DNA of 64,000 nt, taken from NCBI GenBank assembly GCA_937892925.1, contig CALBHX010000088.1, forward strand, positions 6,554 to 70,553. The letters run 5' to 3'. Positions 37,201 to 44,995 of the stretch are shown piece after piece. Within the stretch, counting starts at the first letter, position 1. Every line of letters starts with the position of its first letter. A program made the position numbers and the translations under genes. Under the pieces are notes generated by a model. That model saw only the letters and a list, made by a program, of their open reading frames with translations, did not search any database and was not told the origin of the DNA. The DNA comes from an uncultured Lentisphaeraceae bacterium (GTDB lineage: Bacteria > Verrucomicrobiota > Kiritimatiellia > RFP12 > DVOR01).

Positions 37201-40200
37201 CGTTTAACCGCCAGTGGGCCGCCACGATTATCTTCCCAACGGAGGCGCAGCTCGAGAATTATGGGCTGAACGTTGTCCCGAACGACACCGTGCTGCTGAA
37301 CGATCCGGCCTGGACGGCTTACCGCACACTCCCTGTGCTGATAAAGCAGATTAAGGCGTTGGATACGGCATGGCAGCGGCTGCTGGCGTTCTCGCCCTTT
37401 GTGACCAAACCTTCCAATCCGCTGGTCGTTTCTGAAACGTTCGATCAGGCTCGGGCGGAGCGTCAGGTGCGTGCGTTGATTGGCCGTATTGACGAAACCC
37501 TTAAGACGCTCCGCGACAATGCGGCGGGGCTTCAGCCTGTTGTGCGCGAGATGATCGCGGAAGGCGGCGAGACAGACCTGTTGTGGACGGCGCGCAAGAA
37601 TCAGATTCTGAAGGCGCTGGTGGATTCGTTCTATAATGGCGAGGCGGATCAGGCGAAAGATCCGGCTTTTGCCGGCATGGCTGCGCTCACGGCAGGCGAA
37701 ACGGCAGCGTATGCCGGTGCCGATGCCACGGATTATGCCGCGGCGTTCGCTACGGAATATTCCGCATATGAGCAGGCATTGTTGGGCGTTAAGTCGCCGC
37801 TGCTCAAGCAGTCCTACCGCATGGCGCTGCGCGGGTTCAACGGCGGTGTGTCGGCCGAAGGCCTTCTGGCGCCGATCGGGGCGCATATGCCACTGCGCAT
37901 TTTTGAAGATCGTCTGGGCGGCGGCTCGAAGGTCTTCTTCGGCATCCCGGTGGCAACGGCTACAACGTTGGGCGCCTATTTGCCCATGTGCACGCAGTCT
38001 CGGGATCCCTTCATGACCACGAGCCCGTTGGTGGCCGATTCGGACGCCGATGGCATGGACGATTACTGGGAAGTCTTCCACGGCCTCAACCCCATGCTGG
38101 GCGATTACGTCAACGGATCGAGCGAGAACGGGGATTCCTCCGATCGAAACAATTATTCGATTGACCGCCTGCAGAGTATCTATGCGTTGGGGGATTCCTT
38201 CCGCGACACGGATGCTGCAACGGTTTACACGGCGCTTGCGCCATCTGGAACGAATCCGTTCAAGAACCCGGCGCTGGAAACAGGCGCGGTTACCGGCTAT
38301 GACTACTACACCTATCCGTGGCTTGCGGGCGTTCCGTTCGCAGATCCGGACGGCGATGGGCTGCTGAACTTCGAGGAAGCGGTGAATCCCTCTTCATCGG
38401 ATCCCGCGCATTACGGCACCGATCCGTCGCCGTTGTGGATGACGGATCCGGACAACCGCAGCGCGTTTACGGCGCGGTTCTATTCGCTGCGTAACCGGAA
38501 CTTCGCTCGCGATACCGTCTATCAGGCCGGAACGGATGAGCCGACGGAGGTCGCCGATGCGTTCCTGATGGGGAACGGCTATCTCCCCGCAGCGTCGCTG
38601 CCTTACTATCACCGGACGGGTGATGATACGCCTGCAACGGTTTATGCTTCGGTTCTTCCGTATGAGATAAACGAAGGCTATGACACCGATGGCGACGGCG
38701 TGCCGGATATGACCGAGCTTACAACGTCTTCCATCTTTAAGGGCGATCCGCAGACGCTTCGCACGCCGGATCGTCAGCAGGCGGCTTATTTCGGCGGCGC
38801 AGGCGTGATGCAATCGCACGTTACGACGCAGTTTGGGCCGATGGCGCTCACCACCTTCACACTCGAATGCTGGGTGAAGCCGGATGCCGATCAGCCGGGG
38901 GCCGATGCCAATGGCGAGGTTATCCTGATCGATCGCCCGTGGCGCTTTAATGATGCGGCCGCCGAGCCCGGCGATCTGCGCCACAACTTCCGCCTAGGCT
39001 TGCGCCAGACGGTTGGCGGTTTCCTGCCGTTTGCCAACTATACCGGCGCGGGCACCACGTTTGCCGATTCCACAACGGTTCCGAAGGCTTCGCCGACGGT
39101 TGTTTCCGGTGAAGCAATCAAGGCCGGAGAGTGGAATCACATTGCCGTGTCGTATGATGGCAAGCGGTTGGTGCTTCTCCTCAATGGCGTGGAGAATACC
39201 TCGGTGGCGTGCTCGCTTATTCCGGCAAACGGGGTTATCTCGGTGAAGAATGACGGGCTGGATGACGTCCAGCGCTACACGTCCCGCACGGCGCCGCTTA
39301 TGATTGGTGCCGGCCCTGCGGAGTCGGCCTGGTTCTCTTCGCTTGGCAATCCCAAGGATGACACGCCGTTCACGGAATACTTTGCGAATGCCTATAAGGG
39401 CTTTATCGATGAAGTGCGGATTTGGAATGGCGCCCGCACGGCGACGCAAATCTTCGAGAAACGCCGGTCTACCTTTACACAGGCTGAGCTTCTGGCGTTC
39501 CGTGTGAATGTCTTCAATGCGCGGCGGAACGGGCAGGGCTACTATGAGCCTAATACGCCTGCTGCGCCATTGGCAATCTACACGTTCAACGACTTGCTCG
39601 CCGGTACGCGGATTGCGGCCGATGAAACGACGGGTACGCCGGCTTATGCTGCGAATGAGCCGTGGGAACGCTATCCCGGCCAGCAGGTGGTGGGTGATGC
39701 AACGGTTCCCGGATCGTTCACCTTCCGCCGTAAGGGCATCCAGCAGACGCGCCTGGATTCGGGGCATCCGCGTATTACGGAGGAGACCTTGCCGACGGAT
39801 CAGGAGCTCTTCACATCCTACTACACGCTTACGGCGGCAAAGACGCTGCGTTCCAAGCAGTATTGTGAAAATCCTGGAGCCGATGAGCCCTTCTCGGAAT
39901 TCGTGCCGCTTGCCCACAACACCATCGATCATTTGCCGGTGGCGGATGTGGAGCGTTCCAGTGCGTACTTCTTCCGGCCGCTGAACACGGTCAAGGGATC
40001 GCCGGAGCTGGTGATGCCTTCGGGTACGGTCAGCAACCTCAAGGTGGTTGACTCGGTCTACTGGTCGCCCTATGCTGCCGGGCGCACCGTCTCTACGACT
40101 GAGGCTTATGACGTCAAGACCAATGGCAACCCCTATGCCTACCGTTACCTCGGGGCGCAGACCTTCGATGCCGATCGGTACACCACACTGGGGGCGTACT

Positions 40201-43200
40201 CCACGCGCTATGCCGCCGATCTTCTGATCTACGGCGATGCGTTTGCGAAGTACGACTTCGAGAGCTGGGAGAATTCCCCCAGCACGGATCCCGGAGCCAG
40301 CAAGCCTGACCCGACCACCACTGTGGAAGAGGGAGACAAGTGGTTTGATTACGCCTCCGGCACGGGGGATATGCTCACCGATGATCAGCACTCTCAGGGC
40401 GGCGATTGGCTCGATAAGAACATTGCCAACGGCCAGACGAAGGATTCTGACGGCGACCGGATGCCCAACTGGTGGGAAAATTATTACGGGCTCGATCCTG
40501 AGGATGCCACGGGCGATAACGGCCCGCATGGCGACTCCGACGGCGACTTCCTGACGAACTATGCCGAGTACCTGGCTAAGTCCAACCCCGGCAAGTACTC
40601 CACGGTGGGCAACGGTGTGCCTGATTATCACATCCCGATCTGGTTCCGCCGCGGGCGGCCGACCTTCGGCCTTCTGTACACCGACAACGACTTCATGGAA
40701 GATCACATTGAAGCCGCCAACCGCAGTGAGCGCCTCTCGGTTGACCTCCATGACGGCGAGGTGGATGCCGATGGCGATGGCTGGAGCAACTGGGCAGAGA
40801 TCCGCGCCGGATTCCGTTCCAGCGAGCATTCCACCAACCCGAATGCCGCCACCAGCATTGCGCAGTCCGGCGCTACGGTGCTTGAGATGCCGCAGCCAGC
40901 CCTGCGCCTGACAGTGGATTACTTTGGCGACCAGAACGTCTACACCAATGCGGTTGACGGCGCCAAGATCATTGTTCACGCGTATACGGCCAAGAACAAT
41001 AACTCTGCGCCGGATGCCACCTTCACGCTGCCGCTCTCCACGAGCACAGCCGCAGGGAACACCAGCGAGCAGGCTACGGCGACCACCGAAATCGGGTTCT
41101 GGAAACAGGGTAAGTTCTCCGGTTACCTCAATATCGGCAACGTGGTGCCCGGTTCGCTCGACATCACCTACACGCGTTACACCTCCAATTCCTCCACCTC
41201 CACTACGGACGGAACAACCCAGACGGAGACGGAGACCGCAGTCTTCCATATCTATGGCGACACGGCGACAACGGGAGATGTGGCTGAGCTGTATTCGAGT
41301 GTTCCGGCCACTTACACGAACGCTGAAGGCGAAACGGTCGGCACCGGAACTACGCGTGTGAAGGCCGGCACCATCAACTACCGCACCGGTTTCTATACGC
41401 TTGACTTCTCCGATGAAGACGTGTGGCAGGTGGAAGGCATGACGGCGGATGTGGACGCCACGACGGGTGTGCTCTCCAACATCACGCCCTACAACCGCAC
41501 CGAGTTCATTGGCGTGGCCTCGTACAAGTATGGCATTGTGGCCGGGAAGTCCAACACCTTCACGCTGGTTACGCCGACCTCCGGCTACCTCAAGGAAGGC
41601 GCGAACAACTTCTTCGTCTTCGCTGACTTGAATAACGATGGCGACTGGAATGACGGCGAGCCTGCCGGCATTCCCGACCAGCACGATGTGGACGTTGGCT
41701 TCGATCTCGTGAACCGCCCGCTTCATGTGGCGCTCACGGAGCAGGCGCCGCCCGGATCGGTCCGCTTGGACGTGAAGAGCATTTTGGGCGTCTTGCTGAC
41801 GGAGAATGACAACAACTCCGCCGTTGAGGGCGACAATTCCTCGCTCACGAATCCGACGACGGGGCAGCCGTTGCAGCCTTCCAAGTTTGCCAGCGGCCTC
41901 TCCTACGAGCTCATTCTCACGCCGTATGAGAATATCTCTACCGGCGAGACCACAACGAATGCGCCCACGCCGGTCTACCGCAAGCAGTATAACGTCAAGA
42001 AGCCGTATCTCACGGAAGACGAAATCTTCGGCAATGACCCCAACGGGCTGCCCGGAACGCTTGCCGCGAACCAGCGCGCCGCCTCTTACAAGGTCTTCCT
42101 TGTGCCCGAGACGTATTCCGAGGGGAGCGTGGATCAGTGGACGGACTACAACATCGCCATTGTGACCAACGTGTTTGGTTCGTTGGATGATGCCAGCACG
42201 GCTCTGGTCAGCCCCATCGGCGGTGCCCTGCGTTACAACACGGAGCTTACCTTTGAGTGGCTCTGCAATATTCAGGTGCCCACCTTCACGCTAGCCATTA
42301 CCAAGACGGCCGATGCGATGGGCAACCCGGTGAATGTGCGCGTCTTCGAGCAGACCATCCGCGGCGTGGCGCCCTGCGCTACCGCTATCGGCAATGGCAG
42401 CGTGGAGCAGTATCGCTACCGCTATATGCTCCCGCGCGGCTTGGGAGAGCTCAATGCTGACGGCACGGCTGTCTTTGGCGATGGTTCTTATGCCTACCGC
42501 CTCACACTCAACCCCTACAACAGCGGCAGTGCGAAGACCCTCAACGGCAACTTCCGCATTCAGCTCAATGCTTCGGGTGATGTGAACCTGGCGGAGAACA
42601 AAGACGCGGTTAAGACGACCTCCTATAACGTGCAGGATTCCTACTACGTTCGCGCCCGCGTCCGCTACAACGGCGTCCTCCGCAACGATGAGGACTTCGG
42701 CGGCCGCCGCATTCGGATTGAAGCGCACTACTCGGGTTCCTTCAACGGCGACCCGGTGGCTTCCGTCTCGGACTTCCTCGTCCATGACGGCGCGGTTGAT
42801 GCGGATGGCAACTACACCGATTCCGGTGAAACCGATGCCATCAACCGCTGCGTCCGCATGGTGAAGGATAAGGTCTCCACCCGCACGCGGAGCGTGCCTC
42901 AGCCTGACGGTTCTGCTGTTACCGAGACGTACAACGCCTTCTGGTCCACCCGCTTTGATGCGGAAATCCGCGGGCTGCCTACCAACGATCCGGTCTACCT
43001 CATCGCCTACTTTGACCTGAACGGCAACGGCAAGCGCGATGCTTGGGAGCCGTGGGGCTATGCTACGCAGGGTCTTGACGCGGTTGGCGGGTACTACTTC
43101 GATCCGAAGCCGGTAACCCCTGTCAATACGGGCAAGGACTTCCTGATTGAGTTCTACATCCAGGATGTGGATACCGATAACGACAAGCTCGCTGACAGCT

Positions 43201-43835
43201 GGGAGTGGCTCAATTCCGGCAAGCCCACAAAGGACTTCGCGTCTTGGTGCGGCACCTTCACCGGTACGCTTGCCAACCATCACGCCTCCGATATCTGGAC
43301 CACCTCTGTGGATGGCACACTCTCGCTTACTGCCTACGGCGCTCAGCTCTTCGGCCTGAACGTAACGAGTGCCCCGGATGCGAACGGCGCCGTGAAGGTG
43401 GAGGGGATGCCGGAAGATCTCACCGCCGCGCGTGAGCTCATCGATATCCTCGGGCAGGATAATGCGCTCAAGCTCTTCAGTGAGGGTTATGCCTCCTATG
43501 GACTGACAGTCAAGGGGATTGCCTTTGATGGCGACGCCGTGACCCTCGCGTGGGATGTTACTTCCGCCACGGGGGTGGCCGATGGTGCGGTTTATGATCT
43601 CACCGAAGTCTTTGCCAAGAGCAGCTCTACTGCCGCCGTCTATGCCGTCTACGGCAAGGCTGCGCTCACGGATGCCTCCTGGACGAAACTGGGTGAAGTC
43701 AAGGTGGCCAATCTCGCTGCGCCGAGCTTGACGCTTACCCAGACGGCGATCACGGGCGCGGATGGTGAACCGAAGAAGGCCGCCTTCTTCAAGGTGATCC
43801 TTTCGGCCAAAACGGCTTCCGCTGTAACAGAATAA
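31284..43835 (+). CDS. Giant secreted/cell-surface protein (4183 aa) with a PKD-like domain, about 18 calcium-binding D-x-D-x-D-G (thrombospondin type 3-like) repeats and a LamG (concanavalin A-like) domain
   Basis: One uninterrupted 12,552-nt frame, with GAGG 8 nt upstream. Signal peptide 'MKMKNTFLIATSALLMGVFGAGRAFA'. PKD-like 'VNFSHTYTSGSNPSWIFTVTDSS' (~33.7 kb). Repeats such as 'DTDNDGLTNLEEFAAGTNP', 'DSDADGMDDYWEVFHGLNP' and 'DSDGDFLTNYAEYL'. LamG 'FTLECWVKPD...GEWNHIAVSYDGKRLVLLLNG...GFIDEVRIWNGARTATQI' (~38.84-39.47 kb). Confidence 0.9.
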   Translation: MKMKNTFLIATSALLMGVFGAGRAFAAPADDTIKTKVRIESITKVAPDGEANLPLSPTTTSTIYFDVKLKDASGAGATVEFVANEYEQANSNNNDRPYLVLNIPLRGLSTKSKITLAEGEAASAQTAAAVAYYAGPGASADVLRFAYDVRPGDMSEAISWARKATGAPTFGGAIGAIRLSVRIPGTPQSLNGNLTEASLIGAPDVEVAEDTANVWPVSGYSIKIGALTDPADLNGESLYQGLVPVTISTSDGAAAANFSDTTLAKNCYLWVEAKDGADWKYVPAGVTRMIKDETAIVEGTHGTALSDTFKDAWAARFVGPNDPKATTFETQTYFVNIPASVPAGTTMRLCYGVRRDGGEAGTLTKTLYTYVETPLLASPVKDNANTSGYEVTCGEMTAEDFTLPADGLKLGYEALNNKVVSGGTINAGAGEVVTLVVSKINIDTLSNYGTLYADVECISATNPAKATFSRYYVPLDPTDTTGGDLLKLTIANTAQNGTSYFRIRIPQLEALGADTADKPFYLRVVSSPKRETINLAPGAEGTVGTEYYQPADVASTAAGSASFLSYTLTVPVSTSNRYFKIHPVGRDMSTYITPTATFADGRKVQETIARYVKLQTQGASVLQGAGAELVVSVPAGATSATFYVACINDAPQNYLTGTVDVDGTPVAMSGVMFIAKGCNSTGTITGVNDVCNGIVQPVVQDRAPTITASNPPSGGSTGTALTFTFTMVDVFSDYLVAKMSYGDGVTETYLYADEAEMIAIMGEAQWAAQLEQLAQNYGGEAADYAWNDDPALRGKYRRPRSAIGTETVNFSHTYTSGSNPSWIFTVTDSSMMSDSRQGQLSLQTSQLFTFYTVKNGTVPATGFVRWGNQSTAPGDVGFDWTFGETYTYNALTRAGGSTSVTVQAVPFAAGFATPADYTEISSTRDSFFYKWGARHADYEALLPQGDGIYERILTINRAFVSGGGEATDSTKWQDIVLEAVFVAEWLPGDALTAYAANRNQPYLYAFGDYNSDGVPDGWLLKNLGETNGRTAVEGDSIADTMPVEDRLPLAGWGSGDAAYRFGSSDGRLGYSNNGGPSSLTGDVFGYRLRIRGRDTALNAADGNGNWLSNPAWIVLLHPEQAAGVVCVGNVQNGVFTPEWNQVRLASSLNTSVAGVTVALTAENKIPYDANSVDAQGWAYVIDSNGRPIKAGSTGYRANNLMVQTKTDSDDYERFIYSYSKWGYKTNGNWGDDSVAGEDGALFPFTTVADANAAMDGKTVNQYTGADFQGTYCFIDARVPAGLLIDEPFYTDEAHRTDNHLDPRKTCWLDRFNKNNADQDGDGISNGAEYYFWYYASRIAWGSVYKEGDNVQLNTALWPAVDLRDRSGDNTDANLGTTEKFTLGRRYRNAYDPDAKEHAYYTISAGGVVTGAIGDASSGKGNYWETIPATEVLAAFDPYSAADKKLDTDNDGLTNLEEFAAGTNPIDCDTDNDWIIDGWEVAYGLDPLNIQDNGANDAEKNPDNDYYARAIVKLYPDYHHLFKVEVTTGAGTPFVDLTGSSYYFDYESRVFRIVSDAVFANGLVLGESVRTDEIPWETGKAHVTGWANEAPRFLEMAPEYKIIRDFEVYSTFGFNPETGWGTRTSALDAALKKFSGVTLSANTQPFVSREEFNSAVKRGNWKTLSTDPTSADTNGDGVPDGWEAYVGMRPYKTSDVADGNKDTDGDGLTVAQEFQCLGANLIGSGLGWSATLISDKHSSSWTNKTLPTDPMNPDTDFDGLWDGDEGDATYCYSPSIADWRGGGCNPTSADTDGDGMTDGWEFRYGVVASDVASEDDSSSTTTAAKVSTLIGPDPTYSGDYSVDYDRDGLAQYQEYLTGILRHLRYDLGPDAARIHKDFPGILEDAMETSSKTYQWKQLPDIYNAMTDMVNPSEAPALLYEEAARDSIGLIYDEIVVNPLAQAFSSSALAAEEMHSSQNAGGIQTEQCAPAITAAFNRQWAATIIFPTEAQLENYGLNVVPNDTVLLNDPAWTAYRTLPVLIKQIKALDTAWQRLLAFSPFVTKPSNPLVVSETFDQARAERQVRALIGRIDETLKTLRDNAAGLQPVVREMIAEGGETDLLWTARKNQILKALVDSFYNGEADQAKDPAFAGMAALTAGETAAYAGADATDYAAAFATEYSAYEQALLGVKSPLLKQSYRMALRGFNGGVSAEGLLAPIGAHMPLRIFEDRLGGGSKVFFGIPVATATTLGAYLPMCTQSRDPFMTTSPLVADSDADGMDDYWEVFHGLNPMLGDYVNGSSENGDSSDRNNYSIDRLQSIYALGDSFRDTDAATVYTALAPSGTNPFKNPALETGAVTGYDYYTYPWLAGVPFADPDGDGLLNFEEAVNPSSSDPAHYGTDPSPLWMTDPDNRSAFTARFYSLRNRNFARDTVYQAGTDEPTEVADAFLMGNGYLPAASLPYYHRTGDDTPATVYASVLPYEINEGYDTDGDGVPDMTELTTSSIFKGDPQTLRTPDRQQAAYFGGAGVMQSHVTTQFGPMALTTFTLECWVKPDADQPGADANGEVILIDRPWRFNDAAAEPGDLRHNFRLGLRQTVGGFLPFANYTGAGTTFADSTTVPKASPTVVSGEAIKAGEWNHIAVSYDGKRLVLLLNGVENTSVACSLIPANGVISVKNDGLDDVQRYTSRTAPLMIGAGPAESAWFSSLGNPKDDTPFTEYFANAYKGFIDEVRIWNGARTATQIFEKRRSTFTQAELLAFRVNVFNARRNGQGYYEPNTPAAPLAIYTFNDLLAGTRIAADETTGTPAYAANEPWERYPGQQVVGDATVPGSFTFRRKGIQQTRLDSGHPRITEETLPTDQELFTSYYTLTAAKTLRSKQYCENPGADEPFSEFVPLAHNTIDHLPVADVERSSAYFFRPLNTVKGSPELVMPSGTVSNLKVVDSVYWSPYAAGRTVSTTEAYDVKTNGNPYAYRYLGAQTFDADRYTTLGAYSTRYAADLLIYGDAFAKYDFESWENSPSTDPGASKPDPTTTVEEGDKWFDYASGTGDMLTDDQHSQGGDWLDKNIANGQTKDSDGDRMPNWWENYYGLDPEDATGDNGPHGDSDGDFLTNYAEYLAKSNPGKYSTVGNGVPDYHIPIWFRRGRPTFGLLYTDNDFMEDHIEAANRSERLSVDLHDGEVDADGDGWSNWAEIRAGFRSSEHSTNPNAATSIAQSGATVLEMPQPALRLTVDYFGDQNVYTNAVDGAKIIVHAYTAKNNNSAPDATFTLPLSTSTAAGNTSEQATATTEIGFWKQGKFSGYLNIGNVVPGSLDITYTRYTSNSSTSTTDGTTQTETETAVFHIYGDTATTGDVAELYSSVPATYTNAEGETVGTGTTRVKAGTINYRTGFYTLDFSDEDVWQVEGMTADVDATTGVLSNITPYNRTEFIGVASYKYGIVAGKSNTFTLVTPTSGYLKEGANNFFVFADLNNDGDWNDGEPAGIPDQHDVDVGFDLVNRPLHVALTEQAPPGSVRLDVKSILGVLLTENDNNSAVEGDNSSLTNPTTGQPLQPSKFASGLSYELILTPYENISTGETTTNAPTPVYRKQYNVKKPYLTEDEIFGNDPNGLPGTLAANQRAASYKVFLVPETYSEGSVDQWTDYNIAIVTNVFGSLDDASTALVSPIGGALRYNTELTFEWLCNIQVPTFTLAITKTADAMGNPVNVRVFEQTIRGVAPCATAIGNGSVEQYRYRYMLPRGLGELNADGTAVFGDGSYAYRLTLNPYNSGSAKTLNGNFRIQLNASGDVNLAENKDAVKTTSYNVQDSYYVRARVRYNGVLRNDEDFGGRRIRIEAHYSGSFNGDPVASVSDFLVHDGAVDADGNYTDSGETDAINRCVRMVKDKVSTRTRSVPQPDGSAVTETYNAFWSTRFDAEIRGLPTNDPVYLIAYFDLNGNGKRDAWEPWGYATQGLDAVGGYYFDPKPVTPVNTGKDFLIEFYIQDVDTDNDKLADSWEWLNSGKPTKDFASWCGTFTGTLANHHASDIWTTSVDGTLSLTAYGAQLFGLNVTSAPDANGAVKVEGMPEDLTAARELIDILGQDNALKLFSEGYASYGLTVKGIAFDGDAVTLAWDVTSATGVADGAVYDLTEVFAKSSSTAAVYAVYGKAALTDASWTKLGEVKVANLAAPSLTLTQTAITGADGEPKKAAFFKVILSAKTASAVTE

Positions 43836-43860
43836 GCCTGAGGGTTATTCTTAAAGCAAA

Positions 43861-43901
43861 AAGCGAAGACCCGCGCTGGCGGGTCTTCGCTTTTTGTTTT
43901 T
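43861..43901 (+). terminator. Strong rho-independent terminator after the giant gene
   Basis: Perfect 14-bp stem, aagcgaagacccgc (43861-43874) pairing with gcgggtcttcgctt (43879-43892), loop gctg, then tttgttttt. Confidence 0.85.
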
Positions 43902-44925
43902 GTCTCTTTCTCGTTGGTTTCGGCAAAAGAATCAGGATTTCTCTTTTTTATTTGAACATGGAGCAGGGGTGTTCTTATCGACACAGCTTCCGCCTTTGTG
44001 ATTGATTTGGTATCTGTGGGAAAGGCGGCGAGTGGCTGCGGCTTGGGCGGGTGCGGCAGGTTCGGTGTACCGGGATGTTCCCTTGTTGCGGGGAGGTTTG
44101 GGTAAAATCGCTGCTGGGGAGAGGATTTGGCAGGATGTGGGTGCACAGCGTTTGGAGGGTGTGCGTGTATAAACGGATTAGCGGTGAGGCTGTAGCGGCA
44201 GGTGAGCGTGTGCATTTGGAGCTCCGGGTAATTGTGTGAGGCGGCCGAGTGAATGGGGCTGCGGTTGGGGAAGCCTGTGGTTCTGTTATTCATGAATCCT
44301 TGCTCTACGCAGAGTTGAGCTTTCCTGGCTCGATGGTTTAGTATAGGCCGTTCGGGCATGGGGAAACGATTCGTTTTCTGCTGATTGTTTTCGGATTTGT
44401 GCCGATTTGTATGTGTGCTTCAGGATGGCGTGTGTACGGGAATGTGTGCGGGGTGGAGTCGGGTGTTCGGGCGATGCTGTCTAGGAGCCTGGAATGGCGG
44501 GGATGTATGGCTTGATCTGCCAAGGAGAAAGAGGGAAATGGTTGTGTGCAACGCGGCCATAACTGCATCGGCTTTGAAGCGTTCCGACACGCCCTAAAGC
44601 AATGTTTCCCCGACATGTGCCAAGGCCGGATTGCCGGTGTGCTTGGTTTGGGGTGGACAAGCGGAAGGGGCTTTTCTGCTTGGATGGATTTTTTGAGGTG
44701 TGGGTTTAGGTGGGGGTCATTTCTGAAGACAGTGGTCGGTTCACAGAGAGCGCGGCTGCGGCCTGTATTAAGGATGGGACTGCGGGGCACACAAAAGGTG
44801 GAGTGGTATGCTTGCAGCAGGCGTTTTTTCTTTGAGGATCTTCGCTGTTTATTAGATGTTTTTACGCGTTTTGGTTTACCAGCGGAATGGTTGATTGCCG
44901 CATGAGGCGCATTTGGTTTTGGAGT

Positions 44926-44973
44926 GGGTTCTCTGGGAGGCGGAGGGATGAAAAGGGTTTGGATGGGCGGGGG
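44926..44973 (+). other. G-quadruplex-forming motif with roughly 10-nt phased GGG tracts, directly upstream of tolB
   Basis: GGG at 44926, 44935, 44945, 44955 and 44965, and GGGGG at 44969, with loops of 1-7 nt. Fits G3+N1-7 x4. Ends 23 nt before the tolB ATG. Confidence 0.5.
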
Positions 44974-44995
44974 AGATTTGATATACTGAAGAGGT

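Noticed and set aside
32961-41726. Two very long minus-strand ORFs (32961-36026, 1021 aa; 38994-41726, 910 aa) and many shorter ones inside the giant gene
   Set aside because: They are antisense shadow frames rich in Arg/Gly/Ile/Ala. The plus-strand frame is continuous for 12.5 kb and has clear domain motifs.
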